A stretch of 64,000 nt of DNA. Source: Octopus sinensis (lineage: Eukaryota). The position numbers and the translations under genes are program-made. The notes beneath the pieces are model-generated. The model ran no database searches, was not told the origin of the DNA, and saw only the letters and a program-made list of their open reading frames with translations. This document shows positions 35,205 through 47,473 of this stretch, piece by piece. The DNA is taken from NCBI RefSeq assembly GCF_006345805.1, contig NC_043002.1:109988001-110052000 (forward strand), in the 5' to 3' direction. Positions within the stretch are counted from its first letter, which is position 1, and the number at the start of each line of letters is the position of its first letter.

Positions 35205-37089
35205 CTAAAATACAAATAGAAAAAAATAATGTTGTATTATTATTTTTTGAAAGTTAATAATGCATCATCATCATCATCATCATTATTATTATTATTATTT
35301 ATTTAAAAAAAAAATTTTTTTTTCAAGTTTATGACAGACACCACTTTATAGCTGGAACATTCAGTTGTTTGCACATTTTACAGGAATAATGTCCTGTCTA
35401 AATTGTTATTCTGACTTTCCTGAAGTTAGCAATGGTTCCAGTCAATTACAATTTTGTTCTTTTTTAGTATTAGCATTGTATTTCTCTGTTGCCATTTAAA
35501 CTGTGGAATTGATTGAGTCATTATACTGTTCCTTGTATGATTCTATAACTTTCTACTTTCTGCCAATGTAAGCAATCATTATAGTGATATGGTACAGTGA
35601 ATTAAACGTTCCATTCTTTTACATTCATGGTTTAAATCCATGATGAGGCCAGCTTTGAAAAATAAATGTAAAGTAAGTTCGATACATTATACAAGCCTGA
35701 TCCTTACATCATTATTGACTTGAATTTTTAAAGAAACGAAGGGTAATAGAATGTCAGAATCAGAGTATTAGATAATAATCTTGTGGTATTTGTTCTGGTA
35801 CCTTACTTTGTGAGTTCAAACCCAGCTGAGTTAAATTTTTCCTTTTAAGTTTCCAGGATTAATGAAGTAAAGTACCAGTGAAGTTCTGGGGTCAATATAG
35901 CTGCACCTTTTCTTCAAACTTGGGTCCTTGTGTTTATGTAAAAAAAATAATTAAAGAAATTACCAAAATAAAATCCTCATCAATAGTCATCATTATCATC
36001 ATCATTCAATGTGGTTGAACAAATAATCTCAACCAGTTAGGAGTCACAGTATGAGTTTCACTGTTCACCCTTTTGATCACTGAGTACAAATGTGGCACAC
36101 AAAACGTCTGTTCAGGTGACTTTCCTGAGTCACCATTTCACCCTTGTATGTCTATGTATCACAAAATTACTCATTTACAGCTGAGTGGACTGGAACAACA
36201 TGAAATGAAGTTTTTACTCAAAAATACAGTGCACAACTAGCCTAGGAATCAAAACCAGGACCTCATGATCATGAGTACAACACCTAAACACACTCAAGTC
36301 TGTTTTTTGGTAAATCCTTCTAAATTAGCAGCATACTTAGCAGGTCTTGTTTGCTATTTACCAAATATTCTGCCATATTTCTTCTTGCACTGTTGAGCAG
36401 CACATACCATCAAAGTGACACTGGGGTTCAAATATATGCAGCCTTATACCCATCATACCTACTAATCTGTTAAGAGTACACCAGGCACATGTATTACAAT
36501 CATATGTGCACAATATCAAGATAAACAGCACATGACCATGCAGGTGGGGCCCAGTTAGAATTTTCTTCAGGTGGTGTAGCCCATCCTGCTCAAAAGGTCC
36601 TTGAATGAGTGTTGTTTAAGGATGATGAATGAAACACCCATGTTTCTAGAGGTAAACTATTCAAACCCCAAAGAATTCCTCTGAACACACAGCTATGATG
36701 CTCCCCCACTACTTCTGCTCATGATCAGAGATGCACATATTGTCAGCCGCTAAGGGACATGCTCAACTGGTTAGAGACAAGCAACTGACAAGCAAATCTG
36801 TGGTATTGAGCAGAATATTTGCTGTAGCCCATCTTTTATACCAAGACAAAACAATGTACATGATAACACTTCCAATCAGTTTCAATTACATCAACCCTAG
36901 TGCTCACTGGTACTTAGTTTATCCACCCCATAAGGAGGAAAGGTCAACTTGCCTTTCATCCTTTTGGGGTTGATAAATTAAGTACCAGTGAAACACTGGG
37001 GTCGATATAATTGACTAGTCCCCTCCCCTAAAATTTCAGGCTTTGTGCCTATAGTAGAAAGGATATTATTATCATTATTATCAAGTTCA

Positions 37090-37752
37090 TGCGGTCAGAA
37101 AATGTACCAACAGGTCGAATGGTGATCAGCAGTGATGAAATAGAGGAGGTAAAGGAATATGTCTACCTGGGACAGGAAGTGAATATGTGCCGAGATATCG
37201 AAAAGGAGATCTCACAAAGAGTAAGGGCCGGATGGAAGGCATTTATGGCAGAAGTGATGTGCTCAAGGGAAGGTTGGACAGGACCACCTATGCCAAACTC
37301 ATCAACAGTACAGTTCTACCTGCAATGTTATATGGTAGTGGAAACATGGGCTACCACAAGAGAGAAGAGCAGAGACTGGTAATGGCTCAAAGAGCCATGG
37401 AAAGGTCAATGCTGGTATCTCATTGAGAGAGCACATCAGTAGCGAGATCATCAGAAAGAAGTCCAGCGTGAGGGATGTCATCGCAGAGTATACACGCAGC
37501 AAGTTTAGATGGGCTGGACATTCTCCTGGCTCACCGATAATCGGTGAACCCGCGCCAGTTTGTCAAATGGTACCCGTGTGAGCAGAAACGCGAACACCTG
37601 GAAGCCTCCACGACAGTGATTTACTATTTCAGGAGGACGATTGGGATCACGTGGATGAGAAAGGCACGATCCAGAGAGGAGTGGACAGTGAGCGGTGACC
37701 AGCAGTGTCAAATGGATGCTCGACAGACTGGTCGGTCAAGGTGATCAAGGTG
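37090..37752 (+). mobile_element. RTE-type LINE family 3, 3' fragment
   Basis: IEEVKEYVYLGQ...RVRAGWKAF...VLPAMLYG...QRAMERSML...RWAGH; ends CTGGTCGGTCAAGGTGATCAAGGTGAT followed by (TAT)n. Confidence 0.88.
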
Positions 37753-37778
37753 ATTATTATTATTATTATTATTATTTA

Positions 37779-37813
<35 letters not shown>

Positions 37814-38433
37814 ACATTTGGCAGTTTCAGGTAAATCCTACTGCATCATCTGCTACACCTCCATGTTGTCAGGGGTGTGCACAGCATTGTGTGTTCTTTT
37901 GTAGTTTGAGGAAAGCAAACTCTTTCAGTAATGCATTGTGTCAGTTTGTTTTGTTATGGGGTCTGGTGCTGTCTTTTGTTGTATTAGTGTTTGTGTTATG
38001 TGTTGTGTGTGTAATGTGAGTTGTGTTCTTTTTGTGGGTAACTGACTTACTGGTTTGTTTTTTTTATTGATATTTGCTTTATAAATATGTCTTGTGTTTG
38101 TAGATTGTTTTGTTTGGGTTGTATTATTGAATTGATAGTATCTTGCATAGGTCATAGGCTGTTCCTAGCAGGGCTATTTTTTTGATAGTGTGGTAGTGTT
38201 GTTGTTATTATTGTTATTGTTATTATTATTATTCTCATCAGTATTATTAACATTGCTATTAAGATGGAGAGCTGGCAAAATCTCCAAAGTGTTGGACAAA
38301 TGTTTTGCAGCATTTCTTCCAGCTCCTTACAACCTGAGCTCAAATTCCACCAAGATTAGCTTTGGCCATTCATCCTTCAGGAGTCAATATAAAAACATTC
38401 CAGTTCAGCACTGGAATCAATGTAATCAACTAA

Positions 38434-38652
38434 CCCTTTTGATACCAATCCGGCTGAAACCGCCTCTGGCTCTGTAGTACAAATGCCTTGTTTTCATAAG
38501 TATTAAATAAAATCTTCCACCAAACCTTAGTCACAATTTATGTTCCCAATATTAGCTTAATGATAACTAAGTTATCTTACTAAATTCTTGTTATATTTAA
38601 ATAAATTGAATGAAACACAGAGCATCTCAAAATAAATACGGTAACGAAAGGG
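38434..38652 (-). mobile_element. piggyBac-type MITE (second family)
   Basis: Reverse complement of 46929-47152; TIR CCCTTTTGATACC/GGTAACGAAAGGG. Confidence 0.8.
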
Positions 38653-39118
38653 CAGAATCATAAAAGTAGTGGGTAAAAAAAATGCTTTATTGTATTTGTC
38701 CCTGCTCTTTACAATCCATGTTCAGATCCTACCAAGGTCAGCTTTGGTGGGGTCAATAAAATAAAGTACCAATCAAGAACATGAGTTGATATCATTGACC
38801 TGCCCCAGTTCCCTCAAAATTGCTGGCTTTGTTCTAAATTAGAAGGAATTGTTATTATAGATAACAGTAATAAAAAAAAATCATCCAATCATTATAGATT
38901 ATATGTCTGTTATTAACATATAAGGTATATATTTAAAAAAGCATTTTGAAGTAAAACAATCTAATGTCAAGACAAAGATCATTAAAAAGTTTGTAAAATT
39001 TTAACAAAAAAAAAAGATAAATTTATAAAGAAAGGAATTCACCCCTATCCCCATAAAAAAGCGAAAATCTTAATAAAAGGGTTAAGGCCACCTATAATTG
39101 ATTGATGGGGTCACCTAC

Positions 39119-39237
39119 CATACAATGTTTAGTAGTAGCAAGTCTATAACCGGTTTTGCAGGAACATCGATAGCTTCCTTCTATATTGGTACAGATATGT
39201 TGACAGTTACCATTTCTTGAAGAACATTCATTAATGT
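39119..39237 (-). CDS. EGF_CA exon, 119 nt, 1 nt short of its paralogues ([40 protein letters not shown])
   Basis: Acceptor ccttctcttacAG, donor GTAGGT; six cysteines intact; ends in phase 0 rather than 1, so it is either frameshifted or carries an assembly indel. Confidence 0.88.
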
Positions 39238-39267
39238 CTGTAAGAGAAGGTAAGAAGAAAAAATAAA

Positions 39268-39720
39268 CTAAAGAACGTCAGGTAAAAGGAATGGGGAGGG
39301 GGAGAAACAGAAAGTTAGAGGAAGAGAGGAGAGACAGAAGAAGAAATATAGTAAGACAAACTGTAAAACGGCAGAGAGAAAAAAGAGTAAGAGGGAAGTA
39401 AAGAAAAAGAGTATAAAAGAGAAAGAGAGAGAGAGAGAGAGATGAATGGTATGGAGAAGAGAGCGAAATGAAAGTGAGTGAAAGAAAGCAAATAAGAAAG
39501 GAAAAACCCTGTGGGGAGAGAGAGAGGGGGGAGAGAAGAAGGAATAGTAAAGAGAAATCAAAGCAAATGAGAGATTGAATATATGAAAGAGAAAAAACAA
39601 AAGAAAGAAAAGAGAGTAAATTAAAGAGATAAAGAGAAGTAAAAGGAAGAAGAGGAAGAGAAAGTGAGGGAAAAGGAAGAGATTGAAGGATATAGAAGAG
39701 TAAACAAAAAAATAATAAAA
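39268..39720 (+). repeat. Purine-rich (A/G) low-complexity tract
   Basis: Directly visible; explains the F/L/S-rich antisense ORF. Confidence 0.85.
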
Positions 39721-39737
39721 TAAACTACCAACCTCAC

Positions 39738-39828
39738 CTGCCGTCGCAGTTGATGGCCTCTTCAACAAACTGAATTCCACCCTTGCATTCAATCGCAACC
39801 TAATCTTTTGGCACATTTTCAACATGAA
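39738..39828 (-). other. Candidate 91-nt exon about 500 bp upstream of the EGF exon
   Basis: AG acceptor and CAG|GTGAGG donor; phase 0->1 reading is open (FMLKMCQKIRLRLNARVEFSLLKRPSTATA) and would join the phase-1 EGF exon; no domain recognised. Confidence 0.4.
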
Positions 39829-40589
39829 CTAATTTTAATTGATAAAAAGTATATCTATCCATCTTGAAGGAGGTTCAGTTTTAAATGAATTTATTTTGTT
39901 TTAAAGAGAATAACAACTGATAATAAATAAATAATTAAAATAAAAGTCTATGATAATTAAATATTTAAAAGGAAATCTGTAATAAAAGAAATAATAAAAC
40001 ATAATGTTATAATGAAATGAATACAAAAATGATTAAAAAGTTAGATGATCTGAATAGAAGAAAAGGATAAATTAAAAAGCAACAACAATAATAATAATGG
40101 AATTTTTAAAAAGTACAACAAATTAAGCAAATAAGAAATGTACTATTTTATTAATAATTTGATAATAATTTAAAAAAAACAATTAAATATTAATAAAATA
40201 TTATATTACTAAAACTATAAAATGGAAACATAAATTGATATAACAATAATGACATGTTAACGAAACAATGAATAAATGTGCAAATAATTTAAAGAACTTT
40301 TGGATAAAAAAAAGTAACAAAATGGAACCAAAATAACAATAAACTTTCTGCGCATTTGTATCTCTTATTGTTATTAATTGCGGCAGAAACAGCAGCAGCC
40401 AATGTTTGATGCGACAATTGCCACAATAGAGAAAAATAATAAACCATGGAAGTAACAACAGTAACCATGAATAACAAGCGGATAATGTGACAACAAAGAA
40501 GGTCTTTGTGGTCGCTTGATCTGTTAGAAATTGCAGTCAAATGCCCTGAAAATCATGCCTACTGCAGTCTTAAAATGAGGACTTAAAAT

Positions 40590-40985
40590 AGGCGCAGGAG
40601 TGGCTGTGTGGTAAGTAGCTTGCTTACCAACCACACAGTTCCGGGTTCAGCCTACTGCATGGCACCTTGGGCAAGTGTCTTCTACTATAGCCTTGGTAGA
40701 CGGAAACTGAAAGAAGCCCGTCGTATATATATATATGTATATATAATACGTGTGTGTGTGTTTGTTTGTATGTATTTGTCCTCCCAACATCGCTTGACAA
40801 CCGATGCTGGGTGTTTACGTCCCTGTTACTTAGTGGTTCGGCAAAAGAGACCGATAGGATAAGTACTAGGCTTACAAAGAATAAGTCCTGGGTTTGATTT
40901 GCTCGACTAAAAAGGCAGTGCTCCAGCATGGCCGCAGTCAAATGACTGAAACAAGTAAAAGAGAAAAGAGAAAAAGAGAGAAAGA
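40590..40985 (+). mobile_element. SINE family D (small internal deletion)
   Basis: Head-to-tail match. Confidence 0.88.
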
Positions 40986-41284
40986 GACTCATTGTATGAT
41001 ACACTACAGAAAAAGGTGGGATGTTCTTGACTGGAATGTTTGTCTCAGAGAAAAACCACAGAGTCTGAGGAAATTGATGAGGGATGGTGCTGGCAACATT
41101 CTAACAACTTTCTACTTTCTTTTGATCATAGTTTCTGCTCAGTTACAACTAAAGTGGGCTAAACAAGAAGCCAAAGAGGGAGCCTCTACTTCATTGTTCA
41201 AACAGGTAGAAATAGAAGTTAAATCTCCTTCAGATCACACTTTACAATCTTAAAAACTGATGGACATATTGGATAATCTAGTCT

Positions 41285-41413
41285 GCTTCTTATCCACATA
41301 GTTCTGGGTTCACTCCCGCTGTGTGGCTCCTTTGGCAAGTGTCTTCTACTATAGCCTTGTGCTGACCAAAGCCTTGTGAGTGGATTTGGTTGTGGAACTG
41401 GAAGAAGCCTGTC

Positions 41414-41478
<65 letters not shown>

Positions 41479-42015
41479 TGTGTCTGTGTTTGTCTTCCAC
41501 CATTTCTTGACAATTATTGTTGGTATGCTTACACCCCTATAATTCAATGGTTCAGTAAAAGAGACTGATAAAGTAAGTACCAGGTTTAAAAAAGTAAATA
41601 AGTCCTGGGGTCAGGAGTGGCTGTGTGGTAAGTAGCTTGTTTACCAGCCACATGGTTCCGGGTTCAATCCCACTGCGTGGCATCTTGGGCAAGTGTCTTC
41701 TACTATAGCCTTGGGCCGACCAAAGCCTTGTGAGTGGATTTGGTAGAGGGAAACTGAAAGAAGCCCGTCGTATATATGTATATATATGTATATGTGTGTA
41801 GCGTGTATGTTTGTGTTTGTCCCCCTAGCATTGCTTGACAACCGATGCTGGTGTGTTTACGTCCCCATCACTTAGCGGTTCGGCAAAAGAGACCGATAGA
41901 ATAAATACTGGGCTTACAAAGAATAAGTCCTGGGGTCGAGATGCTCGATTAAAGGCGGTGCTCCAGCATGGCCGCAGTCAAATGACTGAAACAAGTAAAA
42001 GAGTAAAAGAGTAAG
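41285..42015 (+). mobile_element. Two adjacent SINE family D copies (diverged copy at about 41285-41605 with a long (GT)n; younger copy at 41612-42015)
   Basis: Two successive heads and bodies. Confidence 0.85.
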
Positions 42016-42601
42016 AGTATATATATATATATATATATACACGTGATAGACCTCCATACAATTTATGTATACTAAATGTCATACACAAGAGTTTGTCAAG
42101 CCAAATCTATGGTAAAAAGATTCTTCTCCAAAGTGCAACACGTTGAGATTGAACCCGTCTTGTCTTTTTTTTGTTGATGTTTGTCTGTCGAGTCTGCTCA
42201 TGTTGATGACACTTCCAGATGAATATTATCAAAATGTGTTGATGCTCCTTTGTCATCTCTCTGAACGACATTTTGCAGTTGCAAAATATATGTGTGTATA
42301 TGTGTCTGTATGTATGTGTGTGTTGTATTAACACCTTCCTCACTGCAATTATATATATATATATATGAGAAAGTTGGTGTGTGAAAGCACGTGGTTGAAT
42401 ATATAGAAAATAGTAAAAAGTGAAAAAACTACAGAAGGCTTGTTTAAAGGTTAAAAAATATATTTGAGTCATTATGTCAGAAGAATGTTATAAAATTTTT
42501 TCATACAGTGACATAGTTTTTGAAGAAATTACCGGTTTCGTGTTAACTTTTCAAATTTCTCAAAACATCGTGTTATGATATATATATATATATATATATA
42601 T

Positions 42602-43750
42602 TGTGAGCTATGGATGCATAAGAGGTGCAGCAACATCAAAGGAAAACTAACCGAGAAGATAGCTTTCGTGTGCGGCAGATGCACAGGGGCAATAGACACC
42701 ACAGATACTCGTAAAACAGCTTCCATCACACTCCAGGGAGAGAAACTAGAAGTAGTTGATAGTTTCCGTTACCTAGGTGACCAAGTTAGTAGTGGAGGTG
42801 GATGCTCAGAGAGTGTCACCACTAGAATAAGAATAGCCTGGGCAAAGTTTAGAAAGCTTCTACCCCTACTGGTGACAACGGGTCTCTCGCACGATGCATG
42901 TGTGCGAACTGCCATGCTTCACGACAGTGAAACACGGGCTGTGACTGCAGAGGACATGCGTAGGCTTGAAAGAAATGAAGCTAGCATGATTCGCTTGATG
43001 TATAATGTCAGTGTGCACACACGACAGAGTGTAAGCACCCTGAGAGAAATGCTGGACACAGAAGCATCGGATGTGGTGTGCAAGAGAGACGTTTGCACTG
43101 GTATGGTCATGTACTGCAGATGGATGAGGAGAGATTTGTGAAGAAGTGCCACTCCCAAACAGTTGAAGGAATCCGGAGTAGAGGTAGACCCAGGAAGACA
43201 TGGGATGAGATGGTCAAGCATGACCTTCGAACGTTGGGCCTCACAGAAACAATGACGAAAGATGGAGACTTCTGGAGATATGCTGTGACTCCGAAGACCC
43301 GACAAATAACGTGAGTTCATGGCTGTTTCCTGCACCAGCTTCACATAGCAGCCCCAGCCCATCCAAAGTACCTTGGATCACAGGACAGTCTGGTGTGCTT
43401 ACCTTGGATTGTAGGGTGACCTGCTGTGCTTGAGGAGACCTATTGAGTCAAGTACATCAACATCCAAATAAATATCAAATGGAAATTGTAGTTGTGATAC
43501 CTGTGCCGGTGGCATGTAAAAAGCACCATTCGAACATGGCTGATGCCAGCGCCGCCTTGACTGGCTTCTGTGCGGGTGGCACGTAAAAAGCACCCACTAC
43601 ACTCACGGAGTGGTTGGCGTTAGGAAGGGCATCCAGCTGTAGAAATACTGCCAGATCAGATTGGAGCCTGGTGCAACCTCCTGGCTTCCCAGACCCCGGT
43701 CAAAAGCATGGAAAATGGACGTAAATGATGATGATGATGATGATGATGAT
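42602..43750 (+). mobile_element. RTE family 1, 5'-truncated (ORF2 C-terminal part, 3' UTR, (GAT)n tail)
   Basis: LEVVDSFRYLG...RIRIAWAKFRKLLPLL...ERRLHWYGHV...RGRPRKTW; the 3' UTR matches many copies in the window. Confidence 0.9.
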
Positions 43751-43803
<53 letters not shown>

Positions 43804-43812
43804 ATGTGTGTG

Positions 43813-43897
<85 letters not shown>

Positions 43898-43915
43898 GTA
43901 TATATGTATGTATAT
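43751..43915. repeat. Compound (TA)n/(TG)n microsatellite
   Basis: Directly visible. Confidence 0.95.
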
Positions 43916-44108
43916 ATCGAGAGCCTGAAAGATTGCTTGGAGATACATGGCATGTTATATAATATGCCTAGTTAAAGTATCATAAAGTATCATAAAGCTA
44001 TTAATAACTATTTTGGTTGTGTATTAACTTGATATTTATCTCTCACTGGATGAAGTACATTTGCATTGATTCTACCTATATTGGATCTATAAACTATGTG
44101 TGTGTGTA

Positions 44109-44140
<32 letters not shown>

Positions 44141-44531
44141 TGTGTGTGTGCACATGCACACACATACACACATATGTGCATGCTTTATTTTTTTAATATA
44201 TAAATTGGTACATTGAACAGAAATATCATATAATATTTACATTCACCAAGTTATGGTGGCCTTTGTCATTCGATAAATAGAATGGATGAAATGAATGTCA
44301 GACTAAATAATGGCATTCATTGAATAGTTGCCTAAAAGCTACTGCAATAAGAGAGAGGGCAACTGCAAAAGTAATAACACCAGCAATAGCAATAACAATT
44401 ACAATGGTAACTACAGCGATAACAAATGTGACAAATAACAACAGCAATGTTATTGAAGATAGAATGGAATAAATGAAGTAACTGTTGCTAGAATTGTAAT
44501 ATATTTGTTACTATTACAGTTATTACAGTCT

Positions 44532-44910
44532 CTCAAAGAAGCTTGAGAGGCGGTTGGATGGAACCTACACTCGCCTCCTTATAAGAGCTCAAAATCTCTC
44601 GTGGAAGCGCCATCCGACCAAAATGCAAATATATGGGAAACTACCACCTGTGTCATCTCTTGTGAAAGGTAAGAGAGTCCAGTTTGCTGGACATTGTTGT
44701 AGAGCTGAAAAAGAGGTAATTTCTACTCTTCTCCTCTGGAAGCCATCTACTCGCAATACCAGAGGGCGCACACTCTCCTACCCTGATGTAATCTCCAGGG
44801 ATACAGGCATCCAGCAACATGACCTCCATAATGCCATGATGGACTGTGAAGTCTGGCGTAGCATGGTAAATTCCATTGTCTCGACCACGGTCGAACAATG
44901 ATGATGATGA
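44532..44910 (+). mobile_element. RTE family 2, 3' fragment
   Basis: ORF 44554-44901 ends STTVEQ*, with the stop codon as the first unit of a (TGA)n tail. Confidence 0.9.
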
Positions 44911-45025
44911 CAGTCTCTCTCTCTTTTGCTATCCCAGTTACTATTTTTTTTCATGATTCTGCAACCATGTCTGTTCATATTCCAGATTGTTATAAGAAGT
45001 CTGTGCATTTTCAACATCTGACTAG

Positions 45026-45263
45026 ATACCTATTTCTTTACTACCCACAAGGGGCTAAACACAGAGAGGACAAACAAGGACAGACAGACGGATTAAGTCG
45101 ATTATATTGATCCCGGTGCAAAACTGGTACTTATTTAATTGACCCCGAAAGGATGAAAGGCAAAGTCGACCTAGGCGGAATTTGAACTCACAACGTAACG
45201 GCAGGCGAAATACCGCAAAGCATTTCGCCCGGTGTGCTAACGTTTCTGCCAGCTCGCTGCCTT
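45026..45263 (-). mobile_element. SINE family C, full length
   Basis: Reverse complement of 5072-5303. Confidence 0.9.
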
Positions 45264-45945
45264 TTTGGTCTCCCATGTCATGTATCCTGTCCAAAATTTT
45301 GTACTTGCATCCTTTGACCAGTGAATTCTTAACTGTCCTTTAAGGCAAGCCACATCAACAAGTTGTCAGGCAATTATCTAAAGTCTTGACAGTTGTCTTC
45401 CCATCATAATACTGCCCTGTATTCCTAGCCAAAACATTAACTTTCATTGGTTCTGATGACATAACTGTAAACAGCTGATATGGTTCACTGTTCTAAGGAG
45501 CAGGAGCTCGATATGATTAAAGAGTGTTTGGTTGTTTTGCAGTACTAAGTTCAAGTTTCATGTTGCTTGAACAAGGTGACAGTGAGCTACTCCATTACTG
45601 AGACCAAACTGCCCATTGGTCTTGGTTCATTATGAAATTAGATGTTGGACCTTGTTCTGCAAATGAGTTGTATGAAGGCTGGTGAGCAATCATTCAACCA
45701 ACATTTTAACCACTACTAGATGCTAAAAGATTAATTATTGATCTATAGCTAAGAGAAGTTGTGTATCTACAGTTCTTGTTTAGCCCATATTAGACTTAAG
45801 CCAACTGACCGATGGTCAATGGCATTGCAGCTGCACACATCCAATCCTTTTTTCAAAACAGTGAATGTTATCTAATGTGCTCTTCCTTTTATTGTAAATG
45901 GTTAGGTATGATTTGAAGGAGATTTGGTTGCTATATTTTGCAGGT

Positions 45946-46337
45946 GGTGGAGGCGCAATGGCCCAGTGGTTAGGGCAGCAGACTCGCGGTCAAAGGATCG
46001 CAGTTTCGATTCCCAGACCGGGCGTTGTGAGTGTTTATTGAGCGAAAACACCTAAAAGCTCCATGAGGCTCCAGCAGGGATGGTGGTGATCCCTGCTGTA
46101 CTCTTTCACCACAACTTTCTCTCACTCTTACTTCCTGTTTCTGTTGTACCTGTATTTCAAAGGGCCGGCCTTGTCACTCTTTGTGTCATGCTGAATATCC
46201 CTGAGAACTGCATTAAGGGTACACATGTCTGTGGAGTGCTCAGCCACTTACACGTTAATTTCACGAGCAGGCTGTTCCGTTGATTAGATCAACTGGAACA
46301 CTCGTCGTCGTAACCGACGGAGTGCTTCCATCCATCC
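45946..46337 (+). mobile_element. SINE family A
   Basis: 13-bp TSD ATATTTTGCAGGT at 45933-45945 and 46338-46350; (TCCA)n tail. Confidence 0.92.
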
Positions 46338-46928
46338 ATATTTTGCAGGTCCATAGTGCTCCCTCACTGGCTTGTATAAATGTAATTAGTTTTGCTTGAA
46401 TAAAATAGTAGTCAGTAGAAGGCCAATTACAGTTAGAAGCAACGCAGATACCTTTCACCCCCTTTATTCAATGCTTTAGTTTGGTCTAGGGCCATGCGAC
46501 ACATTCTATCATGCATTGTTTCGTTATGTTAATTGCAGCATAGCAATTATTGTTTATTGCATCTGTCTAGTTGACATTCAACATATTTGGACATGTTCAA
46601 ACACAGTGGTGATAGTTACAGAAAATAGTTTGATCAGTATGTATGTTGTTATTTCAAAAATGAATAGCCACTGAAAATAATTATTAAGCAGCACAAAATT
46701 TGGAACTTGTTTGGCAATAATTAATTTGGGTCTAATTTGACAATCATTGTTGTATTAGGACCTATTGTGATTACCAATGCTACATACATATGAACCTAGA
46801 GTGCTAAAGAACATTGTGTTTAGACCTAATGTAACAATAACTTTACACCGAGGCTTCCTGTAACTAATGATGTTATTCTGAGCTTAAAGTAACTTGATGT
46901 GATGGAGGAAAGCAGGATGATATATTAA

Positions 46929-47152
46929 CCTTTTCGTTACTGTATTTCCGTTGAGATGCTCTGTGTTTCTTTCAATTAATTTGAAATATAACAAAGAATT
47001 TTTAGTAAAATAATTTGGTTATCATTAAGTTAGTGTTAGGAACATAAATTGTGATTAAGGTTTGGTGGAAGATTTTAATTCAAAACTTATGAACACAAGA
47101 CATTTGTACTACAGAGCCAGAGCCAGTTTCAGCCGGGTTGGTAACAAAAGGG
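46929..47152 (+). mobile_element. piggyBac-type MITE
   Basis: TTAA at 46925-28 and 47153-56; TIR CCTTTTCGTTAC/GTAACAAAAGGG. Confidence 0.82.
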
Positions 47153-47473
47153 TTAAGAAGGCAAATTGCTTTCGTTTAATATGGCTAAGAGTACCAGTAC
47201 TGAAGTAGGAACCAATTTATTTCTACCCTTTATTGACACATTTTACACTATATTGACTCCATAAACGACACAAGCCAATGAGTATATCTCTATATGGTTG
47301 CTTGTTTCAGTACCTGTAATATATGGAGGTTTGTGCAGTAATGAAACATTTTTCTATTATAAAGCATCATTAATTTTTCTCATGACAATGACTCTTTTGT
47401 CAATACTTAATTACAGCTTGGTGGACTAGTCTATTGAGAGTGAAATGTCTTTGCCAGCAATAAATCTCAGCAC

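Noticed and set aside
35384-35499. Plus-strand terminal exon with a GPI-signal-like tail
   Set aside because: Hydrophobic F/L/I tails arise readily from T-rich DNA, and no supporting upstream exons were found.
39268-39825. 185-aa F/L-rich minus ORF resembling a membrane protein
   Set aside because: Mostly the antisense of a purine-rich low-complexity tract.
45270-45450. Possible RTE endonuclease N-terminal relic on the minus strand
   Set aside because: Only a weak D(V/I)ACL-like motif across frameshifts; too degraded to call.
46740-46860. Possible sixth, degenerate EGF exon (TLGSYVCS)
   Set aside because: Lacks DxNEC and most cysteines and would need several indels.
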